A stretch of 29,537 nt of DNA from a virus (Duplodnaviria; Heunggongvirae; Uroviricota; Caudoviricetes): the IMG/VR virus record IMGVR_UViG_3300032007_001569; one strand, written 5' to 3'. The notes beneath the pieces are model-generated. The model was not told where the DNA came from. It worked only from the letters and a program-made list of their open reading frames with translations, and made no database searches. How positions within the stretch are numbered: position 1 is the stretch's first letter; every line of letters begins with the position of its first letter. Positions 18,896 to 28,664 of this stretch are shown here, in pieces. The position numbers were made by a program, and so were the translations under genes.

Positions 18896-21800
18896 ATGGC
18901 TGTTAAAATTCCATTTGATAGCGCTATGTTACCTATTATGCCCACCTTTGTTTTGGCAACACGAAGCGGTGAAAAGTTAGGCACATTGCCGGTGTCACAT
19001 CTTCACTTTGCAGACGAGTTTGCATCAAAGTCTGATCTTCAATTTGTTGTATACAAGTACAATAATGATGTTGAGCTTGCTATATGGGATCAGATTGCAG
19101 ATTTCAAGTTGGTTTGGTGCCCAGAGTGGGATATATGGTATGAAATAAGCGTAGAAATCAATGAGACGAATACCATTCTCAAAAATGTTTCATGTTCAAC
19201 TCTTGGTGTTGCAGAACTATCTCAGATTATGATCTATAACACTGAGATTAACACAGAAGACGATATTGCACGAGATGATTATGTTCCGACTACTCTATAT
19301 AATGGTTTTAATCCGAACGCTTCCCTTTTGCATCGAATCTTAGAAAAAGCTCCGCATTATACGATTGAGCATGTCGATAGTACAATAGCAAGAATACAAC
19401 GAACGTTTTCATTCGATAACAAGAGCATCTGTGATGTATTTAAGGAAATTGCAGAAGAAGTCGGATGCCTCTTCGTCTATAACTCTGGCACAAAAAATGG
19501 TGTGATTGAAAGAAGCATCTCAGTATATGACCTAGAATCTAACTGTATAGAATGTGGATTTCGCGGCGAATTTGATGATGTGTGCCCGAATTGCGGCAGC
19601 ACATCAATTCAGGCTGGCTATGGCGAAGACACAAATATCCTTGCTACAATAGACAATATAGCCAGCGAAATTGGCTATTCTTCTGACACTGGTTCTGTCA
19701 AAAATTGTTTCAGGCTGGTGGCCGGTGACGATCTGATGACCGCGACTATCGCGAACTGCAATCCAAACGGCAGCTCTTACATATGGCATATCACAGATGA
19801 GACCATGAGCGACATGTCCGATGTGCTTAGAGCCAAGATAAAGGCGTACAATGTTTTATATGAGCACTTCCGAAATGAGAACGAAGCTGTCATTGATTCT
19901 GGCCTTCTGACTTCATATAATTCCCTTGTCGCTAAATATCAAACTTACAGGCCGGAGCTACGGCCTTTGCCGCAGAGCTTTGTAGGCTACGCAAGCCTGA
20001 TGGATGCCTATTACGATACCATCGACTTTAATCTGTTCTTGCAAAGTCAACTAATGCCTTCGCCGTATATAGCCGAAACATCAGCAGCACTAGAGGCTAG
20101 TAAACTAACAACGACCAACCTCTCCCCCATTGGCGTTACAAATATTGCCACATGTTCTAATGCGACGGCGACGAGCGCGGTGCTTGCGATTGCAAAAACG
20201 CTTGTTGACCCACGTTATCAAGTCAGGGTCGCAAGCAGCTCTTATCAAAACCGTGTGTGGAGCGGCGTCTTTAATGTTGTGAGTTACGCCGACGAAACCG
20301 ATACTGCATCAACCGGCACAATATACATTGTTATCACGGGTGATTATGAGACATATGTAAGACAGCGAATTGAAAAGTTACTTAATCAAGGTTCTGATTA
20401 TGTCACCGATATATCTGATCTATTTAAGCTGAATAACTCAAATTTCGCTGGAGCTATTAGGAGATATTGTCTTAATAGTCTTGTCTCCTTTCAGAGCGCC
20501 TGTCAAGGCTGCATTGACATCCTTGTAGAACAAGGAATTGCCAATGATGAAACATGGGCTTCGGAAGAAAACAATCTATACAGAAATCTCTATATGCCTT
20601 ATTATCAGAAGTTACAAATTCTCGAAGCAGAAATCGCGCTTCGCGAATATGAAATTTCAATTATCGCGGGCATACGAGATGTCAATGATGAATTGATCGA
20701 AGATGGCGTACAAACATTAATAATGTACCAAGTTCGCCAGATTCAGTCGGCTTTGGATTTTGAAAAGTTTCTTGGAGAAACATTGTGGAAGGAGTTTGCC
20801 GCATATCGTCGTGAAGATACTTATCAAAACGATAACTTCATTTCTGATGGATTGTCCACAGCGGAGCTTTTTGAAAACGCCAGGGAATATATAAATGTCG
20901 CGTCGAATGAATTATTCAAAGCGTCTACATTACAGCACTCAATTTCGTCAAAGCTCAAAAACTTGCTTGTTATCGATAGCTTCAAGCCCATCATCAATAA
21001 TTTCAAGATCGGAAATTGGATTCGTATTGGGGTTGACGGCAAGATTTGCAAGCTAAGGCTTATTCGTTATGAGATCGATTTCGATAATCTCTCGAATATT
21101 GATGTCAGCTTCTCCGATGTCAAGCAAGTCAGGAATGGACTTACTGATCTTCAAAGTATTCTGAACAATGCCTCATCGATGTCATCATCTTATGAAGCGA
21201 CGATACGGCAAGTCACACAAAATAAAAAGGCTAAACAGATTGTTAATGACTGGGTAAACAAAGGGCTTGATATGACGCAAGCCAAAATCGTCAGTAATGC
21301 CACAGACCAAAGCATAACATGGGATGAACATGGTATTCTTTGCAGACAGTATGATTCCATATCTGATAGTTATGACGACAGACAGCTAAAAATCATAAAT
21401 CGCGGCCTATATGTTACGGATAATAACTGGCTTACATCAAAGGCCGGTATCGGCGACTTTATCTTCTACAATCCTGAGACTGGTCAAATGGAAGAAGCCT
21501 ACGGCGTGATTGCTGATACGCTTGTTGGCAATTTGATTCTTTCGCAGAAAGTTGGCATATATAATGAAGGCAACACCATTAAACTAGATGAAAATGGCAT
21601 CACTCTTGTTTCAGATGTCATAGGTAGAAATACAGACGTTTTCAAAATTCAGAGAAAATACCTTGATAGCGACAACAATGAGGTAGTTGAAAATGTCATC
21701 TATTTTGATAATGAGGGAAACGCTAACTTCATCGGTCAAATTACCGCGACAAGCCTTAGAATTGTGACGGACGGCAGCACAAGCGTTCCAATATCTGAGT

Positions 21801-24298
21801 ATGTCGATGATAGGTTTGGCGACGCGCTCGATTCAACGGTGAGCAATGTTGAAATTGAGTATGGAGTTTCTGCGTCAAGTTCAACGCCCCCCAGCAGTTG
21901 GTCAACAAGCGCCCCCGCATGGTCAGCAAACCAGTACATATGGTCTCGGACAAAGATCACGAAGGGCGACGACTCAATCTATTATAAGCCTAGCGAGGAT
22001 GGCGTTTGTATTGAGGGACAGGATGGCCTTAGTATAGATAATATTGAAGAACAGTATTATCTGTCTACTTCTCAAAGCACGCAAACGGGTGGAAGTTGGC
22101 TAGATGCTTGCCCAAGTTTCGTTTTAGGGAAATACTACTGGACAAGAAGTAAGATTACATGGAACGACACAAGTGTAACATATACTACTCCGATACTGGC
22201 AACTGGACTTAATGACGCAAATCTTACCGCGACGGCTGCTCACACTTTAGCCTATAATATTACGACAGGCGACAACAAAATAGATTTCCATATCAATAAT
22301 ACTAATGCCAGAGTTGAGATTGATAACACGAGCGGATTAAAGATTACAGGGCTTTCGGGCAATTACTTCCAAGTCACAGATTCTCAGATGGGATTTTTCG
22401 CGAGCAATGGCGAACCGCAGTTGGCGTTTAGCAATGGCGATTTGGCAATAAGCGGTGTTTTAACAGCCTTGACAAGCTCAAATATTGCAGGATGGTATAC
22501 TACTAGCGATGCTATTTATCGTGGGTCAAGCGCATTTGATGCATCTAACGGTATTTATTTTGGTTCTAGCGGTCTTAGCTTGGGTAACGCTTTCAAGGTT
22601 AGTGTTACTAATACCAACAACACATATTCCTTTTCTGAGTTTACGCTTGGCTCACCGACAAATGGCTTATATCCACTATCATACAAATTTGATTCAGATG
22701 AAGGAAAATACGTACTTTCTCTGAACAGCGTAGAATTTGATGACAGTTTTATAAGTACAGTATCTTCCATATCCGCTTCAACTGTCAACGCATATAATTC
22801 GATATATCGCACGACAATTATTGATGGCACAACGCCTATCTTTCCAAGCGGAGCGTCCGATGGTGATATTGGTGTACTGTATGATGTAACAGCATCGTCT
22901 TCGTCTAATAATTTTAGCTTCACAGCACAAAGCATCAGTGTATACGGAAGCAATCAGCAATCATATCTATACGGTTTCTATGATACAGTTGGCGGTTTGA
23001 ATATGTTGGTTAATTCACAATACGCCACGGACGGCTCCAATATAAGCTCATCTTTTGCAAATTATTGTCGAGCCGGTAGATCACAGGGCACAACCGGAAA
23101 TCATATGCCCGGCCTCGCGTATAGAAACTTTGTGATAAGTGGATCGGCTTCATCTGGAAGTCAGGTAAAAATCAGTTTTACATATTCGACATGGGTTTAT
23201 ACTGGTACATCTGGAAACTATGAGATGGAAGCTGGCAAGAGCCGGTCAACTCTTCCGATATACCTATATGATGTAACGGCTGGTCGTCGTGTTGGTGTTT
23301 GTACGTCTTTTATTGGACATTCAGGGAATACCACCGAAAAATGCACAGAGTCTTATACGATAACTCTTACAAATTCCATTGCAAGCGGCAATATAGTTGC
23401 CGTCGTATTCTATTCTGATACGACAAAGACCTTAGTCCACATCGATCTATCTTCAATTACGCTGTTGAATACTGTCTCCAATTCCACTTCAACAACAACA
23501 ACAACACGGGCGATCTATATAAGAGATAACGGCGCGTGGGTGATGATGGCAGATGGTAGTTCTAGCGGTAGTGGTGGCGGCTCGTACAATTTGCCTGTTG
23601 CTAATTCAAGTACACTTGGCGGCATAAAAGTTGGTAGTGGATTATCGATTGCTACGGATGGCACACTTTCTGTCATTGGGGCATCTGTAAGCGAACCTCT
23701 TTATTATGTGAACAATACCATGTATTTGTTTTACACAAACAAATTTCAGGTAGTTACCCATAATGGTTCTCGTTGCTTAGATTTGAAACTCGGGACAGGC
23801 TTAGCTGAAAACACCAATGGCGAAATTTATGTCACGTCATCCGGAGGGGTATCAATAAGTTATACTGCGCCATCCGCAGGGCAATCGGGCTCTACACAAA
23901 AAACAGCGGCAAACATTTACTATCGTGCGGGGACAAGTGGTACATGGCAGTATACTTCGGGTGACTTTGTGGCGTCTGACTGTGGTACTATTAATTCCAC
24001 ATCAATTTATTGTAACACACAAATTCTCTTCTTTTCATTCATGTATGCTTCAATGCAAGGTACACAGTTTCAACTTCTTGTTCCAGGTTATTCGGGTTGT
24101 TATGCAACTCACTTTTCGATAGAGGTTGAGACAGATTATGTAAATGACACAATGATAACCGGGTTCTGCAATCATGCCAATCTTGAGGCTTGGATGTTCA
24201 CTGTACCAGATAGCGGACGACAATATATACAAATCAATTCTATCTCTGGAAGAGAAGAGAACATAATAGTAAAGCGGCTGTACATATATTACAACTAA
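18896..24298 (+). CDS. Large tail-tip protein (Tal / prophage endopeptidase-like with fibre-like C-terminus)
   Basis: Follows Dit; embedded zinc ribbon CIECG...CPNCGS; two YxxSxS...W...YxWxRxKIT repeats (~21845-22170); LPVANSSTLGGIKVGSGLSI fibre motif. Confidence 0.8.
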   Translation: MAVKIPFDSAMLPIMPTFVLATRSGEKLGTLPVSHLHFADEFASKSDLQFVVYKYNNDVELAIWDQIADFKLVWCPEWDIWYEISVEINETNTILKNVSCSTLGVAELSQIMIYNTEINTEDDIARDDYVPTTLYNGFNPNASLLHRILEKAPHYTIEHVDSTIARIQRTFSFDNKSICDVFKEIAEEVGCLFVYNSGTKNGVIERSISVYDLESNCIECGFRGEFDDVCPNCGSTSIQAGYGEDTNILATIDNIASEIGYSSDTGSVKNCFRLVAGDDLMTATIANCNPNGSSYIWHITDETMSDMSDVLRAKIKAYNVLYEHFRNENEAVIDSGLLTSYNSLVAKYQTYRPELRPLPQSFVGYASLMDAYYDTIDFNLFLQSQLMPSPYIAETSAALEASKLTTTNLSPIGVTNIATCSNATATSAVLAIAKTLVDPRYQVRVASSSYQNRVWSGVFNVVSYADETDTASTGTIYIVITGDYETYVRQRIEKLLNQGSDYVTDISDLFKLNNSNFAGAIRRYCLNSLVSFQSACQGCIDILVEQGIANDETWASEENNLYRNLYMPYYQKLQILEAEIALREYEISIIAGIRDVNDELIEDGVQTLIMYQVRQIQSALDFEKFLGETLWKEFAAYRREDTYQNDNFISDGLSTAELFENAREYINVASNELFKASTLQHSISSKLKNLLVIDSFKPIINNFKIGNWIRIGVDGKICKLRLIRYEIDFDNLSNIDVSFSDVKQVRNGLTDLQSILNNASSMSSSYEATIRQVTQNKKAKQIVNDWVNKGLDMTQAKIVSNATDQSITWDEHGILCRQYDSISDSYDDRQLKIINRGLYVTDNNWLTSKAGIGDFIFYNPETGQMEEAYGVIADTLVGNLILSQKVGIYNEGNTIKLDENGITLVSDVIGRNTDVFKIQRKYLDSDNNEVVENVIYFDNEGNANFIGQITATSLRIVTDGSTSVPISEYVDDRFGDALDSTVSNVEIEYGVSASSSTPPSSWSTSAPAWSANQYIWSRTKITKGDDSIYYKPSEDGVCIEGQDGLSIDNIEEQYYLSTSQSTQTGGSWLDACPSFVLGKYYWTRSKITWNDTSVTYTTPILATGLNDANLTATAAHTLAYNITTGDNKIDFHINNTNARVEIDNTSGLKITGLSGNYFQVTDSQMGFFASNGEPQLAFSNGDLAISGVLTALTSSNIAGWYTTSDAIYRGSSAFDASNGIYFGSSGLSLGNAFKVSVTNTNNTYSFSEFTLGSPTNGLYPLSYKFDSDEGKYVLSLNSVEFDDSFISTVSSISASTVNAYNSIYRTTIIDGTTPIFPSGASDGDIGVLYDVTASSSSNNFSFTAQSISVYGSNQQSYLYGFYDTVGGLNMLVNSQYATDGSNISSSFANYCRAGRSQGTTGNHMPGLAYRNFVISGSASSGSQVKISFTYSTWVYTGTSGNYEMEAGKSRSTLPIYLYDVTAGRRVGVCTSFIGHSGNTTEKCTESYTITLTNSIASGNIVAVVFYSDTTKTLVHIDLSSITLLNTVSNSTSTTTTTRAIYIRDNGAWVMMADGSSSGSGGGSYNLPVANSSTLGGIKVGSGLSIATDGTLSVIGASVSEPLYYVNNTMYLFYTNKFQVVTHNGSRCLDLKLGTGLAENTNGEIYVTSSGGVSISYTAPSAGQSGSTQKTAANIYYRAGTSGTWQYTSGDFVASDCGTINSTSIYCNTQILFFSFMYASMQGTQFQLLVPGYSGCYATHFSIEVETDYVNDTMITGFCNHANLEAWMFTVPDSGRQYIQINSISGREENIIVKRLYIYYN

Positions 24299-24336
24299 TT
24301 AGATATTGTAGTTTGATTAAATAAAGGAGAATAGAA

Positions 24337-24705
24337 ATGAAACAAACAAAAATAAACGGCGCTTATCAATTTCTTCAGGATATACGGCAGACAAGGATTA
24401 ACGGAAATTCTGCTCGACAAATTTACTTTCTCAAAAAGGCATTGGAGCCACACTTTCAATTCTACATCGAGGAAACAAGAAAGTTAATTGAAGAGTGTGG
24501 CGGAACTGTTGCGGAGAATGGCCGAATCAACTTCACCAATAAGGAAAAGGCTCAGGAGTACATGAAGGCTCAGGCAGAGCTTGATAATGCCGAGGTTGAG
24601 CTGAATGTTCCTGTTGTGCAAATCTCTCTAGGGCAGAATCCCAACTTAGCCCTTTCTGAGGAAGATATTGAAAACGCCGAAGGCTTTATCGAATTTGTTG
24701 AATAG
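24337..24705 (+). CDS. Hypothetical phage protein (tail-fibre chaperone-like)
   Basis: RBS AAAGGAG; small helical protein between the tail tip and the lysis genes. Confidence 0.65.
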   Translation: MKQTKINGAYQFLQDIRQTRINGNSARQIYFLKKALEPHFQFYIEETRKLIEECGGTVAENGRINFTNKEKAQEYMKAQAELDNAEVELNVPVVQISLGQNPNLALSEEDIENAEGFIEFVE

Positions 24706-24716
24706 AAAGGAGCTTT

Positions 24717-25103
24717 ATGATGAATGTTTTGACTGGACTAAATACCTTCTTAGCATTTATTAATAACAACTGGACAACAATCGCTGTGACAATCGGCCTT
24801 GTCGTTGGAATCGTTGCGAAAATCAGAGATTACTTTTCTAAGGACACCGACGAAAAGGTGGCTATCGCAAAGACCGCAATCAAGGAATATATGCTGAAGC
24901 TCGTCAGTGACGCAGAGATGGATTACGAGGATTGGAAACATGCCGGTAGCATTAAGCGCGCGCAGGTCATTGGTCAAATCTACACCGACTATCCAATCCT
25001 GTACAAGGTTGTAGATCAGGAAGAGCTTATCAAATGGATCGACAACACCATTGATGAAGCTCTGGTAACTCTCAGAACCGTTATTTCTACGAATAACGGT
25101 TAA
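24717..25103 (+). CDS. Holin-like protein (LL-H family resemblance)
   Basis: One N-terminal TM helix, then VSDAEMDYEDWKHAGSIKRAQV; located in the lysis cassette. Confidence 0.6.
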   Translation: MMNVLTGLNTFLAFINNNWTTIAVTIGLVVGIVAKIRDYFSKDTDEKVAIAKTAIKEYMLKLVSDAEMDYEDWKHAGSIKRAQVIGQIYTDYPILYKVVDQEELIKWIDNTIDEALVTLRTVISTNNG

Positions 25104-25108
25104 AACAT

Positions 25109-25567
25109 ATGGACACAAAAACTGTGTGGGAGATACTTGCCGCAATACCCATTGGTACATTTGTTGCCTGGGTGGTTGTCATTGCAGCAATCATCTCTTC
25201 AATCGTCGGAGCCACAATAAAGGTATACAAGCTGTTTGAGAGGCATCATAAGATCATTGAAGAAAACGAGCAGCAAAAGAAGCTATTGACAGAATATGGC
25301 GAAGCGATCAAAAAAATCAATTCGTCACTAGACGATGTGAAGAAATCCCTGAGCGAACAACGCGACGTAAACCTGAAACAAATCAGACACGAGATTGTGC
25401 GGACATGCGACGAAGCCCTGCAATCCGGCAATATCACGGCCAGCGCCTTTAAGTCACTCGAAGAGCTTTATGACGAATACAAAAATGTATTTGGCGGAAA
25501 TGGATATGTGAAGTCGTTGGTCGCAAAGGTCAGACAGTTGCCGATTACAGGAAGTATCGAAGAATAG
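25109..25567 (+). CDS. Lysis-module membrane protein (TM + coiled coil)
   Basis: N-terminal TM, coiled coil, LYDEYKNVFGGNGYV motif typical of phage holin-adjacent proteins. Confidence 0.65.
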   Translation: MDTKTVWEILAAIPIGTFVAWVVVIAAIISSIVGATIKVYKLFERHHKIIEENEQQKKLLTEYGEAIKKINSSLDDVKKSLSEQRDVNLKQIRHEIVRTCDEALQSGNITASAFKSLEELYDEYKNVFGGNGYVKSLVAKVRQLPITGSIEE

Positions 25568-25578
25568 TGTGATGTTAT

Positions 25579-25851
25579 ATGGCACATGCAAAACGCAAGA
25601 AAATAGAATTTTCAAAAATACTTGTTGCCTGGGCGCTACTTGTTACGACAATTAGCGCCCTCGCTTCTTATTTGCTTGCCCTGCTGGATCACGCGCCATG
25701 CGAGGAAATTACGATAGCGATTGCCGAAGCGTGTATTGCAATCGCCGTCGCCTATGAAGCAAAATCCTACGGCGAGAAAAACAGCAGAAACAAGTACGGC
25801 ATAGACGCGCTCGGCAACAGGATTGATTCAGAGACCAGCTTTGATGGTTAA
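25579..25851 (+). CDS. Two-TM holin-like protein
   Basis: KKIEFSKILV..., two hydrophobic helices, YEAKSYGEK; directly upstream of the endolysin. Confidence 0.6.
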   Translation: MAHAKRKKIEFSKILVAWALLVTTISALASYLLALLDHAPCEEITIAIAEACIAIAVAYEAKSYGEKNSRNKYGIDALGNRIDSETSFDG

Positions 25852-25867
25852 ACAAGGAAGATAAACA

Positions 25868-27670
25868 ATGGCGAAAAAGATAGCTGACATCTCGCGCAAT
25901 CAAGGCGACATTGACTGGGGCCTGGCGCGAAAAGAATTAGATTTCGTTATATTCCGGGCAAGCAAGGGCGATTATGCTGACAATAGATACCTCGAATACA
26001 CCAGCCAATGTGGCGTCCCTTATGCCGCCTATCATTATGTTAAAGCCGCCACAGCTTCAGATGCGCGAACAGAGGCCCGATTTTTTGTCGAGTGTGCCAA
26101 CAAGGCACACCCACTTTTTTATATAGGCGATGTGGAGTATGAGGCTCAGACAGAGACGACTACAGAGCCGGTCTGTGTGGCTTTTCTCGATGAACTGAGA
26201 AAGCTCGGTTGTAAGCGAATCGGGCTTTACATCAACCGCAAATATGATTGGGCTGGCAAGGCCATTGGAATGTGCGACATCATGTGGATTCCACATTGGG
26301 GCGCGAATGATGGCACACTACCGGCCAGCGAATATGAGCCGAAACATCCATTTGATTTATGGCAGTACACAAGCCGTGGCCGCGTGGCCGGTATAGACGG
26401 AAATGTGGATTTAAGCATTTTGCGGAACAGGACACTTGATTGGCTCATTTCGGGCGAAAGCGATCAAAAAGAAAGTGTGAATAAGAAAATGAAATACAAC
26501 AACACAAACAAACCCATCATATGTATGCAAAGCCAAAGCACCTGCTACAGAGGCACTAAGCCAATGGATGTTTGGGGTGTTCTTTGGCATAGCACGGGGG
26601 CAAACAATCCCAATCTCTCGCGCTACATTCAGCCGTCAGATTCTTTGGCTGGACGTTCGGCGGACACATACAAAGATAGAAATGAAGCATTGGCCGTCAT
26701 AGGCGTAAATAAGTATGGTAACGACATCAATCATAAAGAGCGGAATATGGGGATGAACGGCTGGATCGGCAAGCTGGCAAATGGTGAGGTTGCGGCTGTC
26801 CAGACCATGCCCTGGAATTGGGCACCTTGGGGCTGCGGCGCTGGAAGCAAAGGTTCCTGCAATAGCCACTGGATTCAATTTGAAATTTGTGAAGACAATC
26901 TCCAGAACCCGGATTATGCTATGCAGGTATACAAAGAGGCGTGTGAGCTAACCGCCTACCTCTGCAAGATGTTTAACATCAATCCATTTGCTACTGTCCA
27001 GTTTAAGGGTGTAACCGTTCCGACGATTATTGACCACAAGACAAGCCATGCGCTTGGCCTGGGAAACAATCACGGCGACATTGAGCATTGGTTCCCGAAG
27101 ATTATCGGAAAGACGCTGGAAGACATTCGAGAAAATGTCGCCGCCCTGATGAACGCGAGCGGAGATATTGTCATTGAGCCGCCTGTCACCCCGCCGACTG
27201 GAACGACCACAACCGGAGTCGCTTTCGGGAGCCGCACAATTAAGCGCGGCGTCAAGGGAAGTGATGTGAAGGAGCTTCAGGAGAAGTTGATGGCGCTTGG
27301 CTACAAGCTACCGAAATACGGTGCTGATTCGGATTGCGGCGGCGAAACCGTCAATGCAATCATCGCATTCCAGAAGGACAATGGCCTGACGGCAGATGGA
27401 ATATTCGGTGCAAAATCCTTTGCGAAGCTAAATGAACTACTGGCATCGAAGCCCGGAAACGATGGAACAACTAATGGCACTATAAAGCTGGTCGTGACCG
27501 GCAATGCTGTGAATGTCCGTAATGCTCCTTCAACGACGACGGGTAAAATTATGTATGTCGTGAAGAAAAACGATATGCTCAATGCGGTTGCCATTGATGC
27601 CGCGACACAGTGGTACAAGCTCGATGATGGTAATTACATTAGCAACCTCTACGTTTCAACATACCGATAA
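25868..27670 (+). CDS. Endolysin: GH25 muramidase + Amidase_2 + PG-binding_1 + SH3b
   Basis: IADISRNQGDIDW...DVE...WQYTSRG...GNVDL (GH25); VLWHSTG, QFEICED, IIDH (Zn amidase); GSDVKELQEKL...FQKDNGLTADGIFG (PG-binding); VNVRNAPST (SH3b). Confidence 0.92.
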   Translation: MAKKIADISRNQGDIDWGLARKELDFVIFRASKGDYADNRYLEYTSQCGVPYAAYHYVKAATASDARTEARFFVECANKAHPLFYIGDVEYEAQTETTTEPVCVAFLDELRKLGCKRIGLYINRKYDWAGKAIGMCDIMWIPHWGANDGTLPASEYEPKHPFDLWQYTSRGRVAGIDGNVDLSILRNRTLDWLISGESDQKESVNKKMKYNNTNKPIICMQSQSTCYRGTKPMDVWGVLWHSTGANNPNLSRYIQPSDSLAGRSADTYKDRNEALAVIGVNKYGNDINHKERNMGMNGWIGKLANGEVAAVQTMPWNWAPWGCGAGSKGSCNSHWIQFEICEDNLQNPDYAMQVYKEACELTAYLCKMFNINPFATVQFKGVTVPTIIDHKTSHALGLGNNHGDIEHWFPKIIGKTLEDIRENVAALMNASGDIVIEPPVTPPTGTTTTGVAFGSRTIKRGVKGSDVKELQEKLMALGYKLPKYGADSDCGGETVNAIIAFQKDNGLTADGIFGAKSFAKLNELLASKPGNDGTTNGTIKLVVTGNAVNVRNAPSTTTGKIMYVVKKNDMLNAVAIDAATQWYKLDDGNYISNLYVSTYR

Positions 27671-27768
27671 ATGAACAGTTCCTCCTACGCCTATTTTGAA
27701 TGCGCACCACGGGAGGACTTATGATAGCATGTGGTGTTCCGCCGCCATGAAGTGCGGACGATATATTT

Positions 27769-27809
27769 TAAGGGACTGCAAGACAAAATCTTGTAGTCCC
27801 TTACTTTTT
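27769..27809. terminator. Rho-independent terminator between convergent genes
   Basis: TAAGGGACTGCAAGA-CAAAA-TCTTGTAGTCCCTTA, 15-bp stem with one G.U, followed by CTTTTT. Confidence 0.88.
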
Positions 27810-27813
27810 GCGC

Positions 27814-28227
27814 TCAGTTGTCTAACATGCTGAGAATATCGTCAATGGTCTTCCCGCTTTCTGCCAGCTTCGCCATGAGAGCGTCGCGCTTTTCCTTCTC
27901 GACTTTACGAGCGGCGCGGGCCTTGGCGAGTGATTCCTTACGATGCTCCGCCCTTTCTTCTGGTGTGAGCTTCGGGCGATTCACTTTGTTTTCGGCCTTG
28001 GCTTTATTCTCAATGATACGAGCTTTCTTTTCCTGAAGCGCGGCGAGTTCATCTTTGGCATGTTCAAGCGCGGCAATTCGTTCATCCAGCTTCTTCTTCG
28101 TTTCAGCCACCAATATTTCACGAGAGGCAATCAGTTTGGTAACGCTTTCCGTCTTTGCCTCGATGGCGGCAATACGCTCATCATATGTCGGGTAAGGTTT
28201 TCTTTGCTTCTTTGAGCTAGTCATCAA
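27814..28227 (-). CDS. Small basic coiled-coil protein (moron-like)
   Basis: RBS GAGAGGGG, TTG/ATG start at 28227/28224; all-helical and Lys/Arg/Glu-rich; has its own promoter and terminator. Confidence 0.8.
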   Translation of the reverse strand: MMTSSKKQRKPYPTYDERIAAIEAKTESVTKLIASREILVAETKKKLDERIAALEHAKDELAALQEKKARIIENKAKAENKVNRPKLTPEERAEHRKESLAKARAARKVEKEKRDALMAKLAESGKTIDDILSMLDN

Positions 28228-28258
28228 TATGCCCCTCTCTTAATTCGCTTGTGCCTAT

Positions 28259-28287
28259 ATTATACCAGATATGTCTAGCCTTTTCTA
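28259..28287 (-). promoter_or_regulatory. Extended -10 sigma-A promoter for the 137-aa gene
   Basis: Reverse strand TAGAAA, 17-nt spacer ending TGG, then TATAAT (28264-28259). Confidence 0.7.
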
Positions 28288-28317
28288 GTCATTTGCAAAA
28301 ATATTTCTCCAACAACG

Positions 28318-28367
28318 AAAAAAGAAAAAGCACAGGGCAAGCATCATACGATTTTTCCCTATGCTTT
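28318..28367 (-). terminator. Possible terminator downstream of the integrase
   Basis: AAAGCA-C-AGGG / CCCT-A-TGCTTT stem with a long loop, followed by a U-rich run on the minus strand. Confidence 0.35.
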
Positions 28368-28410
28368 ATAGCGAAATTGTGTCATATCGAGGATAAATTC
28401 TCCCTTTTGA

Positions 28411-28652
28411 ATTGGTGTAGAAGTGGTGTCAAATCGCACACATCACACCCGAAATCCATTGATTCCGTTGACTTTTTCGCCGAGTCTTCTGTTAAGTTGT
28501 CATTAGAAAAACGTAGCATTTCCACTTATCGGCATAAGTCGGCATAAGCCTGAAAAGCTAGGTATTTCAACATGTTTCGCATTTGGCTCGAATGCCAATT
28601 CCCGGCATATCTCGGCATAAGTCTGGTGTCGATTGGTGTACGATTGGTGTCA
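28411..28652. repeat. Probable attP: arm-type direct repeats flanking a core
   Basis: TGGTGT x2 (28413, 28424) and x3 (28624, 28634, 28645); (T/C)CGGCATA x2 (28529, 28539) and x2 (28602, 28612); adjacent to the integrase 3' end. Confidence 0.7.
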
Positions 28653-28664
28653 AAAATCCTTTGG

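Noticed and set aside
18896-24298. Diversity-generating retroelement target in the tail-tip gene
   Set aside because: No reverse transcriptase and no duplicated TR/VR pair seen in the window; one elsewhere in the genome cannot be excluded.
28251-28547. 98-aa plus-strand ORF near att
   Set aside because: Overlaps a promoter, a terminator-like hairpin and att repeats; no RBS or protein-like features.
28411-28652. CRISPR array
   Set aside because: Repeats are only 6-10 bp, with no regular unique spacers and no cas genes; the layout fits att arm sites.
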